DNA from: a virus
Lineage: Duplodnaviria; Caudoviricetes
Virus record (IMG/VR): IMGVR_UViG_3300038566_000115
Coordinates: 1 to 54,799 of that record
Length of the DNA stretch: 54,799 nucleotides
Direction: 5' to 3' (one strand)
The position numbers and the translations under genes were made by a program. Positions 26,747 to 37,086 of the stretch are shown one piece after another. The notes under the pieces were generated by a model. It did not search any database. It saw only the letters and a program-made list of their open reading frames with translations, and was not told where the DNA came from. Every line of letters starts with the position of its first letter. Positions within the stretch are counted from its first letter, which is position 1.

Positions 26747-28393
26747 TTAGGTTCCAAAGTTTGTAGTATCGGGAATTCCCTGCGGGTCTGCTTCGTGTTG
26801 CATTGTACGCATTTCGTCCTCCACTTTCCTACGTTTTATTTCCGCTAGCATTTTTAACTCACGAGGTGAGTATTGGTTGCCAGTACCTCTAGTCGGTATG
26901 GCCGTTGTGTTTGCTGCTTGTGATTGAGTAGGTGGAGGTTTACGCTCCATGAACTCACTAAATATACTAAGCAGGGAAGAAGGAACTCCTACTTTACGGT
27001 GATTAGATTTATAGGTGCCGTTAGATATCAGCCCCGTATACGCCTCTAAGTTGCCATCTTCGGTAGGTTTTATATTCAACACACGGTTGTTACCAAGGGT
27101 TATAAGTACACCACTTCCAAATGGTTTAATTACGTCCCCGACATCCTTACCATCCTTCGCCATAATCTGGCCGGCCGCTCCAATAATACCCTCATAGGTT
27201 GTACCGAGTGAACCGCCGTTAGATGGCGATGGATTCAACCGCAAGAACTCACCTAGATTCTCCTGCCTAAGAACTGCAGTTTGTGCAGCATTAGTCATGT
27301 CATTAGTGACCTTATCTAAATCCGCTTTGGCTTTATCATACGCGACTAATTGCTCATCGTTTAAATCTGCCTCATCCATAAGGCCATCCAACACGTCACG
27401 TACATCAGCGTCAACACCCTTGCGGATATTTGTAGTTTGTAATTTGAATAGCTTATCCCTTGCTGTATCAGCCTTATCCATAGATTTCTGTAGCGTGTTT
27501 ATCGCTGCGTCATTCCAACCAAGTCCTTTAGCGACTTTCTTGTTTAGCCTCCACATTTCTCTGGTGTGTTGGTTAGTGATGTTAAGGTAATCATTCGCTA
27601 CTCGCATTGGTGCAAGGTCTGCATCAACACCAACTTTCCTTGCGTTCGCTTTTGTATGCTCAGTTAGCGCCGCTTGATAATCCAACTTGGATTCTGTTAT
27701 CTTATCAAATACATCGTTAGCTAATTGCTGCGCTTTTGTAGCAGCTTTCGTATGTGTATTGCCAGCACGAGTTTTTTCTAAGTTGGCTTGGGCTTGTAGC
27801 ATAGGGATTGACATTGCCCTAAATAACTCTGGACGCTCAGTAAACTTAGACATCATATCTCGAATCTGCTGTCCGTTCTGGATAATAGTACCCCCAGTTC
27901 CTGTACCTGCAGGTCCTCGGTGGTCATCTTCTTCTACTACCCCGCGCACTACCAACCCTTTAGGTGAAGGCATAAACTCAAGGCGTGTGTTGTTAGGCAT
28001 CATCGCATAGGCGGCCTTCATAACATCACTTGCTTGGTCTAACCTACCTGCATCCGCTAACATGGCGGCTTTGTTCATACCCCCCTGAAATTTTTGAAAC
28101 ATTTTCATTGAGGTCTGGTCTAAAAACTTACGGCGTTGGTCAGGGTCTAGGTCGAGGGTAGATAGTTTTTGCGTAATGTACTGTGAAAAATCCTGCGTGG
28201 TCGGCACTGCAGTATCAGTAGGTGCAGAGTTAGGTGTGGGTATAGCGCCGGAATCCACCGCGTTATCTATCTCCCCAAGCCCCGCCCGTATTTTAGCAGC
28301 GCGGTCCCTATCCTCCTCCTCATTGATACCCTTACGAATTCTATCGAATGCACCAGCCGAGTTAGCAAATGCGCCTGATAAGTTAAATGCCAT
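26747..28393 (-). CDS. Putative internal virion/ejection protein
   Basis: 548 aa, helical Q/A-rich, directly upstream of the giant protein. Confidence 0.6.
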   Translation of the reverse strand: MAFNLSGAFANSAGAFDRIRKGINEEEDRDRAAKIRAGLGEIDNAVDSGAIPTPNSAPTDTAVPTTQDFSQYITQKLSTLDLDPDQRRKFLDQTSMKMFQKFQGGMNKAAMLADAGRLDQASDVMKAAYAMMPNNTRLEFMPSPKGLVVRGVVEEDDHRGPAGTGTGGTIIQNGQQIRDMMSKFTERPELFRAMSIPMLQAQANLEKTRAGNTHTKAATKAQQLANDVFDKITESKLDYQAALTEHTKANARKVGVDADLAPMRVANDYLNITNQHTREMWRLNKKVAKGLGWNDAAINTLQKSMDKADTARDKLFKLQTTNIRKGVDADVRDVLDGLMDEADLNDEQLVAYDKAKADLDKVTNDMTNAAQTAVLRQENLGEFLRLNPSPSNGGSLGTTYEGIIGAAGQIMAKDGKDVGDVIKPFGSGVLITLGNNRVLNIKPTEDGNLEAYTGLISNGTYKSNHRKVGVPSSLLSIFSEFMERKPPPTQSQAANTTAIPTRGTGNQYSPRELKMLAEIKRRKVEDEMRTMQHEADPQGIPDTTNFGT

Positions 28394-30008
28394 AACGATT
28401 ACCTCCTAGTGGCACACCCTGTTTCGATGGAGGCGTAACAGGTGCTGCGTCAATCTCTTGTATCATAGCGTCACGTTCAGCATAACGATTCTTAGCCTTG
28501 TGTGCTTGGATAGCATCGCCCTTTTGCTCCAGTAATTTATCGAAGAAGTCGGTACCTTTGCGGCGCACTACTTCTGCGGGTATAACGTACTCCCCATCAC
28601 TTAAGCTCGCGGGTATTAAATCCTCTTTTGGTCCGCCCGGACCATCGACTTCGCCGCCATCATTGTACATACGTACATACCCACCATCCCTGTATTGGTA
28701 CATTTGGCTTGGTGCGGCATCAGTCAACATACCAGATGGTGGTTGTAGTGCCGGTAACGCTTGAGGCGTAGGTGCGGTTACGGGAGTATCTATTTCGGTA
28801 GGGTCGTCGGGCGCGTTAAGCATTTGGTCAAGGCTAACCATCTTACTAAATGCCTTAGACATGCTGCCGCCTCCAAACGAGGCGAGCGCCTTAGCGCGGT
28901 TATGGCGCTTATGGAACTCTTCGTTAGTTTCTACCGGACCGCCATCAGCATACTTCTTGGACATTTCCCTGACAGCGCCTTCGAGTCTTGCTACCTTAGC
29001 GTTCAGGTCAATCCCCATTTGCTTACCCTTGGGAGAGTTAACCATAGTACGCACGGCAGGGTTTTCATCTTCTGCCAGTGTACCCATGTGTTTGCCCATA
29101 GGTTGTCCATACCCGTCCTTGTATTCATACTCGTAGTTCTTACCTTCTTTAACTTGCTTCAAAGACTCCTTATCAGGGATAGCCTTAATATTCTTCTTGG
29201 TCTTCTTGCTCGACATCGTAGCCCATGCACCAAGACCAGTACCTATAATGTCACCCATCATTTGGTTTCTCGAATTCGACAGGTTGAATTGGTTTTGCCA
29301 TTGCGAGTTCTGTAAATTACCAGACTGGCCATAACCTGCAAGGGCTTGGTTCCCCCACTGCCCTGCGCCGTTAGCGATGTTGCTCTGTGTGCCGAGGGTG
29401 GAGTTCAAATTGCCCACCCCACTCGAACCGGCTTGTAACGCTAGGCCATAACTCTGTGCTGCTTGGGAAGGTAGACCACGACCGATGTTTATAGCATCTG
29501 CTCTTAGGGCACGGCCTTTATCACGTACGTTCTCGCGTCTAGTATTAGCGACAGATGCTGCACCTAATGATTCTGCGAGGCGGGATTGTTTATCAATGGC
29601 GGCACTACGAACTTGTGATGGGTCGATGCCCATACTAGCTAGACGCGCTTCTGCATTATTACGCTGGGCTTGGAACTGCGTGCGTACGTCAGCAACAGCT
29701 TTACCAGCTTCCGATTCCTGTCGCTCGATAGAATCGTATGAGGTAAAGTCCTCAATCAAATCATTCTCTATCGGCTGGAATATGTCTTGGTAGCGTTGCC
29801 TATCGTCCCTAGCCCATGCTTGGTTCTCGGCCATAGCATCCATCTGGACACCAAGTACCTGCTCAAGCACGTCCTGTTGTTGGCCCCATTGCTCACGAGC
29901 CCATGCTAATTGTTCCCGTTGCGTTTCTTGCGCTATACGAGCGACCGCTTCGCTTGATTCAGCTAAGCCGCTCATATCTGGTGGAGGTGGTGGTTCACTG
30001 CAACACAT
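28383..30008 (-). CDS. Putative ejection/pilot protein with peptidase S74-like domain
   Basis: PPPPPD start and Q/A/G-rich coiled coil, then SSKKTKKNI...YEYEYK...HMGTLAED, then GPG..D.IPA.LSDGEYVIPA motif. Confidence 0.6.
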   Translation of the reverse strand: MCCSEPPPPPDMSGLAESSEAVARIAQETQREQLAWAREQWGQQQDVLEQVLGVQMDAMAENQAWARDDRQRYQDIFQPIENDLIEDFTSYDSIERQESEAGKAVADVRTQFQAQRNNAEARLASMGIDPSQVRSAAIDKQSRLAESLGAASVANTRRENVRDKGRALRADAINIGRGLPSQAAQSYGLALQAGSSGVGNLNSTLGTQSNIANGAGQWGNQALAGYGQSGNLQNSQWQNQFNLSNSRNQMMGDIIGTGLGAWATMSSKKTKKNIKAIPDKESLKQVKEGKNYEYEYKDGYGQPMGKHMGTLAEDENPAVRTMVNSPKGKQMGIDLNAKVARLEGAVREMSKKYADGGPVETNEEFHKRHNRAKALASFGGGSMSKAFSKMVSLDQMLNAPDDPTEIDTPVTAPTPQALPALQPPSGMLTDAAPSQMYQYRDGGYVRMYNDGGEVDGPGGPKEDLIPASLSDGEYVIPAEVVRRKGTDFFDKLLEQKGDAIQAHKAKNRYAERDAMIQEIDAAPVTPPSKQGVPLGGNRYGI

Positions 30009-30498
30009 CAGGTCGTACCTCTTTAAAATAATGGATAGCTATTGGCGCATATCCCTGTGACGTCATCAATTTCTCTAGTGACTTACCTCCAATGGGAGAC
30101 TTATCACTCATACCAATATAGGTTACGCCGAGTTTATATAATACACCCTCTGCATAACTGAGTAAATTCCTAGCAAGTTCGCCACCCCTATGTTCAGGGG
30201 TTATGTAGAACCAGTCTTCTTTGGCGATTCTTGTTCCGCGTACATGTACGTTAGGGCCAATGTAATACCCTAGATGTCCGACCATATTCTCTTCGTAGCG
30301 AATTGTAAATTCTAGTATAGCTCCTACTGATTCGTAATGTAGGACGCCCGTAGTATCTGGGTCAAAGGTATCGGGTAAGTATTTCGATTCAGTCTCAGCC
30401 CAATGGCTTTCCCATAACGACTCTACTTCATCTACATTTTCCGATATACGCTCTATCGCGTATGTGTAGTCCCCTATTGTTTCTGGTTTTAATTTCAT
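29995..30498 (-). CDS. GNAT-fold acetyltransferase-like protein
   Basis: FYITPEHRGGELARNLL acetyl-CoA-binding motif A. Confidence 0.75.
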   Translation of the reverse strand: MKLKPETIGDYTYAIERISENVDEVESLWESHWAETESKYLPDTFDPDTTGVLHYESVGAILEFTIRYEENMVGHLGYYIGPNVHVRGTRIAKEDWFYITPEHRGGELARNLLSYAEGVLYKLGVTYIGMSDKSPIGGKSLEKLMTSQGYAPIAIHYFKEVRPDVLQ

Positions 30499-31043
30499 TA
30501 TAAATCCTTAGTACTGAAAAACTTTTTGAAGGTTAGTAATTTGGTTAGTATATATTCTCCTATACTCCCAATAGTTGTTATAGACGTTGTAGGTTCAGAC
30601 CACACGGCTGTTGCTATAGCATCAATATCACTAGGCGTTACTCCAGAACCAGTATTCACTGTTATTATTTCAACCTGTGGAGGCTGGTAATCAATATTAA
30701 CTGTTGTACTTGGACTTAAAGGAGTTCTATCAAAACAATCAATCCCGCTAAGACCATCATCAGTGATTATCTCGCCAATTACTTTAAGATTTTGGTCTGT
30801 ATCAAAAGGAACAACTCGAGTTCCTTTCTCTAATCTAACTCTGCGCGGAGTAGATGAAGATGGTCCTGTTGGCTCATTTCCTTGTGAAATCATAAACACA
30901 TCATAAGGCCGTAAAGTTTCATCCGTCCTACGCAATACACGCATTTCCTTATACATATCCATAGGCTGAAAATCAACGCCTACAGTATCAGCATGGAGGT
31001 ACACGCGTCTATTGACCGCATCTATATTAGCAATAATTGTCAT
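30498..31043 (-). CDS. Hypothetical structural/fibre-associated protein
   Basis: Coupled ORF in the late operon; IATAVWSE motif seen in fibre-type proteins. Confidence 0.6.
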   Translation of the reverse strand: MTIIANIDAVNRRVYLHADTVGVDFQPMDMYKEMRVLRRTDETLRPYDVFMISQGNEPTGPSSSTPRRVRLEKGTRVVPFDTDQNLKVIGEIITDDGLSGIDCFDRTPLSPSTTVNIDYQPPQVEIITVNTGSGVTPSDIDAIATAVWSEPTTSITTIGSIGEYILTKLLTFKKFFSTKDL

Positions 31044-31348
31044 TGATCATCAATCTCTAAAACACCGTTAATCACTTGACCACCATGCTTGTCAATTATC
31101 CAAAGATAAGCGGCGTTAGCGACTAATGTAAATAGCTCAATACCATCAATAACACCATCGTCCCCCACACCAAGGTAATCCATTTGTATGGGAATAGACG
31201 AGGCACGTTCATAAATTCTATCAAAACCCCCAATAGTCTGTTTTATAGAGCCATCAGGGTTTGTTATGATTTTATCTATTTCAATAGCAATAAATGGGTC
31301 ATCACCGACCACATCTATCGCTATCTTACGTGCTTTTAAGTAACTCAT
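31040..31348 (-). CDS. Hypothetical protein
   Basis: Coupled ORF in the late operon. Confidence 0.65.
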   Translation of the reverse strand: MSYLKARKIAIDVVGDDPFIAIEIDKIITNPDGSIKQTIGGFDRIYERASSIPIQMDYLGVGDDGVIDGIELFTLVANAAYLWIIDKHGGQVINGVLEIDDQ

Positions 31349-32826
31349 TATACGTTTGTTTCAACCGTTGGTGCACAACTAAACGCAACGGTTGTGGTAC
31401 GTGTGACAGTGAATAAAGTTTTTGCTTGAGTAGCGCCACCATCACCCTCACAGAGATAAACACAATCCTTATCTGTACCTGCTGAACCGCCCACTGTATC
31501 GCCATCATAATCAAAGGCATCGATAATCTTGTTGTTACCATCTGCCGTACTTGCAAGCCCTTTGATTACTGAAGTATCAGATGCTTGAACTTCGACAGCA
31601 CCAGCAGTATTGAACGCAGCAGCAAAGTAACAGTGATACCAAGCATTGGCGTCGGCTTTTGCTATTGACCCGACAGTAGCTTCGATAGATACAGAGAAAG
31701 GTCTAGTTTTAGTACCACCTACATCGTCTGTGAATACAACTCGCTGTTCATCAGATACAGGGACATTTTCAATAAACAAACCCTGCCCTGAAAATGGTGC
31801 ATCAGTAACTATCTGTCCTGCGCCGTTATAGGAATACCATGTACCAACCCGCTTACCGTTAGTGACATTAGTGATATGGTCATTAATATCATCATCAGTT
31901 TGCGCAAGCGCATCTAAAAACGCAACGCATTCATCTAATGAACCAGATGCAGCATTGTTAAGAACCCATGTAAAATTACCATCGGCCTCGTTGAAGCCCG
32001 TTTCAACTTGTGGTGTATCAAGTTCCTCAAGTCCCATACTTGTCCAAGGCGCAATTTGCGCACCGCCATAAACATCAGCTAGTGTGTAGTTACCCGTTGT
32101 TAGGTGAGGTGTTTCTGATACCGCGAAACCCGCAAAATATTCACCAAGTTCTGTGATACCCAAATCAGTAGTTGATTCTTTACGGTCATAGTTTTGTCCA
32201 AAAGTTCTTACCGATACAGCCATATAAGTTCTACTGTCAAAATCTCCTGCACTTGCATCACTTGGCGTATTACCTGTAGAACCGAAAACTTGGATTAATT
32301 CATCAAAATTACCTGCCTTAGCAAAATCTACAGGGGCCCCACCTACGGACAGTTGTAAGTAAGGTTGGGAGGTAGGGAGTATTGAACCAAGACCTCTTGC
32401 ACCCATAGATATTCTATCTGTACCACCGTCAGTTGCTAACTGTTTTACTCCTGAACCACGGATAATATCAATGTCTGCTTGTGTAGAAAATTTACGGGAG
32501 TTAACCAAGTTGAATGAACCAGCGAATTTGAAATTGGCATTTGTCCAACGCTCATAAGGACGTAGTGATTCATCAGAAGCACGTTCCCTATTTTCAAAAG
32601 CATATAATGCTTCCATACGAATACCATCTTGTTGCGATAACGGATTGGGGTCAGACGCGCCACCACCAACACTCGTTAAATCTAAGGTCGGAAGTTCTTC
32701 CACAGGAATTATTTCAAGCAGTCCGTTAGTCTTATCGAAGTAGATATTCCCGTCAGGCGTACCTGCTCTACCTTGTGTACTCTGAACCAATGTAGTCGCT
32801 TGATTCGTTAAGTCTATAATAGCCAT
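31348..32826 (-). CDS. Putative beta-rich structural protein (492 aa)
   Basis: T/G/D/S-rich ORF ending VETNV, similar to the ETNE ends of neighbouring adhesins. Confidence 0.65.
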   Translation of the reverse strand: MAIIDLTNQATTLVQSTQGRAGTPDGNIYFDKTNGLLEIIPVEELPTLDLTSVGGGASDPNPLSQQDGIRMEALYAFENRERASDESLRPYERWTNANFKFAGSFNLVNSRKFSTQADIDIIRGSGVKQLATDGGTDRISMGARGLGSILPTSQPYLQLSVGGAPVDFAKAGNFDELIQVFGSTGNTPSDASAGDFDSRTYMAVSVRTFGQNYDRKESTTDLGITELGEYFAGFAVSETPHLTTGNYTLADVYGGAQIAPWTSMGLEELDTPQVETGFNEADGNFTWVLNNAASGSLDECVAFLDALAQTDDDINDHITNVTNGKRVGTWYSYNGAGQIVTDAPFSGQGLFIENVPVSDEQRVVFTDDVGGTKTRPFSVSIEATVGSIAKADANAWYHCYFAAAFNTAGAVEVQASDTSVIKGLASTADGNNKIIDAFDYDGDTVGGSAGTDKDCVYLCEGDGGATQAKTLFTVTRTTTVAFSCAPTVETNV

Positions 32827-32830
32827 TATT

Positions 32831-33118
32831 TTAGCCCTCTTTGACTAGTTTAAGTTCAGGAGTTTTGAAGGGACTCTCTGGGTCAAACCCTTTTAAATTC
32901 TGCTCTTTGGCAAAATCAATACCTGCATTAAATGCTTTCAATTCATATTTTCTTGCGAACTTAATTATCTGGAACATAAGTTCATCAGACACACCGGAAG
33001 GGAATTCTGCAAGAACTGCATCAGTAATGTTTTCCCTAACTAGCCAGTCTTGCTTAACACCATTATTTGTTAATTGGAACATATTTGCATTCTGTAATTG
33101 AATATAGTCTTTACTCAT
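32831..33118 (-). CDS. Hypothetical protein
   Basis: Coupled ORF in the late operon. Confidence 0.65.
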   Translation of the reverse strand: MSKDYIQLQNANMFQLTNNGVKQDWLVRENITDAVLAEFPSGVSDELMFQIIKFARKYELKAFNAGIDFAKEQNLKGFDPESPFKTPELKLVKEG

Positions 33119-35846
33119 TAGTTTCTACCTGTGGTTGTAATGTAATTGATTGGTTAGTTGACTGTAAATTAAATGGTAAGTTAATCTCAACGTAACCCGT
33201 AGCTATATGCTGAATCCTTATACCGTTTATAGTTCCATTATGCGAGTAAGAAAAGAATGTACCTGCATTAGATTCCACTCCATCTAATTCAGTATTATAC
33301 TGGCCATCGCCATCTATCTCATCATCGTAAATTCTAACTTCTGCACCATCAATAACCCCATTTATAATAAGTGTAGCAGGTCTAAGCACCGTAACTGTAC
33401 CACCATACGGTGTGGCCACCTTACCGTCATCTATAATAGTGCCTGTAGCAGCAGTAAGTGTAAGCACATCAGAGCCTATGTATCTGATTTGTATGGAAAC
33501 TCTATCATTAAAAGTAACATTATCCATAGTTAGAGAAAAATCACCATCGGTACATGATTGTACTTCTATAGAACAAGGCCAGTCAGGGAAGTTTGAGTTT
33601 GCTATAGCGTCAACAGCGAGTTGCATATTAGCTTGGGTGTCGCTAGAAATAGTCACCTCTGCGGGAGCGCCTTTCTCAAACAGTGTTTGCCTTATATCCA
33701 AAGTATTATCTAGACTTGTATTTGACCAACTATACCAATGAGCATACCAACAAGAGGTTGGTGATACAAACTCAATGACTGTTGCATCAACACCCCTGTC
33801 GTCCCCAACTTTTAAATCTTCTGTGCCTTCATGCCCCCAAGATATATTACCTGAATGCGTTGGGAAAACTGATACTTCCCAAGGATTTCCATTAGTTCGA
33901 GATTGGAAAACCCCATCAAGATGAACACCACATATACCACCTTTTTGCGTAGAAGAATTGAATTCACCTAGTATATGGTATGGCCTATTTGGAGTAAGAG
34001 CTATATCAAAAAATGCTTGGGCGTAGTCCCCATTGGCATCAGCAAACTGAAAAATCAAGTTGTTACCAAACCCTCCAAGTAACGCAAAGTTATTAACCTG
34101 AGCACCTTCCTCCCATATAACATAGAGGTTTTGTGATATGTTACTTAGCATTATCCAACCACCAACATATCTCCTATTGGCTGTAATTGTCACATTCATA
34201 TCAGATTGGTCTGCGGGACTGATATACTCAGTCTGACTAGATATCAAGAAAGAGTGGGTATCGCCTTTTACTAACTGCGTAGTAGCATCAAAACCGGGCG
34301 AACCCCCAATAGAATTGTTAGCTGTGGCAGACTGAACTTCATCTATGTAAGTATTTTGGAAAGTCCAATAGTGGTCAGGGGCTAAAGTCATGTTCAAAAC
34401 TGCTTCACGGTACGTTTCAGGGGGAGTTCCAACAACTACTGAAATACTGGCAACTGAACCTGAGTCCGTAGTTACAAATAAAAAACAATCAGTATCAGCA
34501 AGTGAGCCGGAAGTAACATCAAATTGAATGACTGTATCAGACCAAGAGTCTATATTAGTTTGATTTACTATAACCCCTGAATAATCGGAGTTCTGTACTA
34601 ATTCCACTTTACCTGTTCCTTGTAAAGCCTCGAACCCACCAGAAGAATTTACCACAACATTTAACTGCGAGTTACCAATTGCATTATCGCCATCTACGTC
34701 TGAGATTGATAGCTTCAATGTGCCATCGATACCTGTTAGTTCTAAGACACCCCAATCTGCTCTAACATTGTTTCCCGAACGGTGGACCCAGTATTCAATT
34801 GTTCCAGAAGCAGCAGTTATCCTTGCAGATAGTCGTCCACGTGCATGAGCCGTACCCACACCAGAAGTATCTGAGAACCATTCTAAAGAAAGCTCGTCCA
34901 GAAGCGCACTTGTCGATGAACCAGAGGGCCATGTAGCATTAGTTGCATAAGTTCCATTACCTTCACTAATGTTAGTATTACTGTCGCGGTTTATTACAAA
35001 GGCAGGGTGAGATAAAACATGACAATACGCAACACCGTCATTTCTAGCATTAGAATCTTGTTGCAGTATAAATTGTGCCTGTGTTGTAGAATCGGGAACC
35101 CACACACCGAGGTTATCAGATATCCCAGTTTCAGAAGTATCACCTTCTAACGAACTTTCTATTATTATCGCATTACCCCAACTACCAACATCAAAGGCTA
35201 AACCATTTAGTCCAGTTGAGTCGGCGTTTAGAGTTATGGTTTCTGCCGTGGAATTATGACTAGCTGACCTTCCATGGCCTACTGAAAAATTAGCACCAAC
35301 AAACTCAACTACGGTTATATAAACAACCAAGGTTCCAGTAGTTGCGCCCCTCTCCACCTGTATTGTGTCAGTAGCATCTATGTATACACTGACAGTTGAA
35401 GAATCATAATCATCCACGCTAGTTGCGTCTGTTTCAGAACCTGTCCAAAAGGGAATACATTTATTTCTATCTGATATACCGGTAACAACTTGAGAGGCAG
35501 CAGCACTACCCGAAGATAGAGTAATACTGTATCGACCCCTCACAATGAATTCATCTGGACCGCTAACTGCCCCAGTGTATCGCCAAACTTCACCAATTAT
35601 CTTTTGGCTTGTCGTAGTATTCTGTCTAAATGAAATCTGATTTGTTGCGGATAGAAATGCAGCACCAGAACAAATATTTGGTGCTGAGTTACCAGTGCTA
35701 GCCGTAGGTCCAGATTGCTTATCTATCGATGTAGTTCGTCTAACAAATGCGTTGTTAAGTGAACCAACGTCATTAGAAAGTACATGCGTCTGCGTGTTAG
35801 TCGCAGTCACATCAACATCAAAACTTTCTACCTTAATAACACCCAT
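33111..35846 (-). CDS. Putative adhesin/tail fibre with LamG (ConA)-like domain (911 aa)
   Basis: PDHYWTF...GGW...PYHI...HLDGV lectin-like pattern. C-terminal half paralogous to the next gene. Confidence 0.6.
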   Translation of the reverse strand: MGVIKVESFDVDVTATNTQTHVLSNDVGSLNNAFVRRTTSIDKQSGPTASTGNSAPNICSGAAFLSATNQISFRQNTTTSQKIIGEVWRYTGAVSGPDEFIVRGRYSITLSSGSAAASQVVTGISDRNKCIPFWTGSETDATSVDDYDSSTVSVYIDATDTIQVERGATTGTLVVYITVVEFVGANFSVGHGRSASHNSTAETITLNADSTGLNGLAFDVGSWGNAIIIESSLEGDTSETGISDNLGVWVPDSTTQAQFILQQDSNARNDGVAYCHVLSHPAFVINRDSNTNISEGNGTYATNATWPSGSSTSALLDELSLEWFSDTSGVGTAHARGRLSARITAASGTIEYWVHRSGNNVRADWGVLELTGIDGTLKLSISDVDGDNAIGNSQLNVVVNSSGGFEALQGTGKVELVQNSDYSGVIVNQTNIDSWSDTVIQFDVTSGSLADTDCFLFVTTDSGSVASISVVVGTPPETYREAVLNMTLAPDHYWTFQNTYIDEVQSATANNSIGGSPGFDATTQLVKGDTHSFLISSQTEYISPADQSDMNVTITANRRYVGGWIMLSNISQNLYVIWEEGAQVNNFALLGGFGNNLIFQFADANGDYAQAFFDIALTPNRPYHILGEFNSSTQKGGICGVHLDGVFQSRTNGNPWEVSVFPTHSGNISWGHEGTEDLKVGDDRGVDATVIEFVSPTSCWYAHWYSWSNTSLDNTLDIRQTLFEKGAPAEVTISSDTQANMQLAVDAIANSNFPDWPCSIEVQSCTDGDFSLTMDNVTFNDRVSIQIRYIGSDVLTLTAATGTIIDDGKVATPYGGTVTVLRPATLIINGVIDGAEVRIYDDEIDGDGQYNTELDGVESNAGTFFSYSHNGTINGIRIQHIATGYVEINLPFNLQSTNQSITLQPQVETNE

Positions 35847-37081
35847 TATTCATTAGTCTCAATTTCAGGGAACAGTGTCTCTGTTGAGTTAGAACTAGAT
35901 AGACTAACTTTTTTTATAACTTCTTTATAACCGGAGGCAAGCATTTGTATCACAATGTCATTGGTGGACCCATCATGATTGAATGTAAAAGATGTTCCAA
36001 CATTAGATTCGACGCCACTGAGTTCTGTATCGTATTGGTTGTTGGAATCAATTTCATCATCATAGATTCGAACCTCTGCGCCATTTATAATTCCGTTTAT
36101 TGTTAAAGTAGCAGGGTTGACAAAGTTAATCGTTCCTCCTGCTGTAGTTGAGCCAATCGAAGCATTAGAACCGTTTGAATTAGTCCAAGTTAACGTACCT
36201 GTTCCATTGTATTGTACATGTATGCTAGCTAGTGGACTAAATGTAATGTTATCGGCAGTCAGACTAATAGAACCGGAAACATCAACTAATATACAAAGTG
36301 GAGAGTCTGGTCTAACAGTGGACGATATTGCATCTAATTCAAGTTGACTTGTTATTGTAACATCAGGAATAGCACCTTTCTCAAATAATTCTTCGCGGAT
36401 TTGAGTGTCTGTGAGTTGAGCATTTGCTCCATCAAAGAAAGCCCATTGCGCATAATTACCATTAATGGGCGCAAGTAATATAACTGGTGTACCGCCAACG
36501 CCCACAACACCTGCTGGATCGCCAAACTCGCCCGCGCTTCTAGCGGTTAAAGTGGTGGCATCGGGCTGTCTATTAATTGGTTCAGCATTGAATTGTTTGA
36601 CACCATCCACATAGCCACGCAACTCATTACCGAAACCATTACCTTCAAACACCATAGTTAGATGGTAAGCGCGGTCAACTGCTAAAGTAATATCGCTAAA
36701 AATTTGTAGTGTGAATGCAGGGTCGTTAACCTCGAACATTACAGTATTGCCCCAACTAAGAATTAATCTAAACGATTGTATTTCATTACCGTCCCCATAA
36801 ATGCTTTTGGGCGGACTTTGAAGCCCAGTAGCTGAGAACCATCCACACACTGCTTTTCTACTTTGTGCAGCGTTATTAATTAGAGGGGTTGTAGGTAGTG
36901 TAATCCTATCGTTGACTCCATTTGTAGTCCAAGAACCTACCGAGTCTAAACACAAGTTTGGACCCGTGAATACTCCACCCGCATTAGTCCCATTGAGCGA
37001 ACCTATAGAATCATTCGCATCTGTAGCTAGCTCATATCTGGCTACTGGGTTGAGAGCATCGATGTCTTGACTGTAAGTCAT
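35846..37081 (-). CDS. Putative adhesin with LamG-like domain (411 aa)
   Basis: LNPVARYEL...AVCGWF...YHLTMVF...YVDGV. Confidence 0.65.
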   Translation of the reverse strand: MTYSQDIDALNPVARYELATDANDSIGSLNGTNAGGVFTGPNLCLDSVGSWTTNGVNDRITLPTTPLINNAAQSRKAVCGWFSATGLQSPPKSIYGDGNEIQSFRLILSWGNTVMFEVNDPAFTLQIFSDITLAVDRAYHLTMVFEGNGFGNELRGYVDGVKQFNAEPINRQPDATTLTARSAGEFGDPAGVVGVGGTPVILLAPINGNYAQWAFFDGANAQLTDTQIREELFEKGAIPDVTITSQLELDAISSTVRPDSPLCILVDVSGSISLTADNITFSPLASIHVQYNGTGTLTWTNSNGSNASIGSTTAGGTINFVNPATLTINGIINGAEVRIYDDEIDSNNQYDTELSGVESNVGTSFTFNHDGSTNDIVIQMLASGYKEVIKKVSLSSSNSTETLFPEIETNE

Positions 37082-37086
37082 TAAAC

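Noticed and set aside
33111-37081. Diversity-generating retroelement (template/variable repeat pair)
   Set aside because: No reverse transcriptase in the window, and the duplicated segments differ at all base types rather than only adenines.
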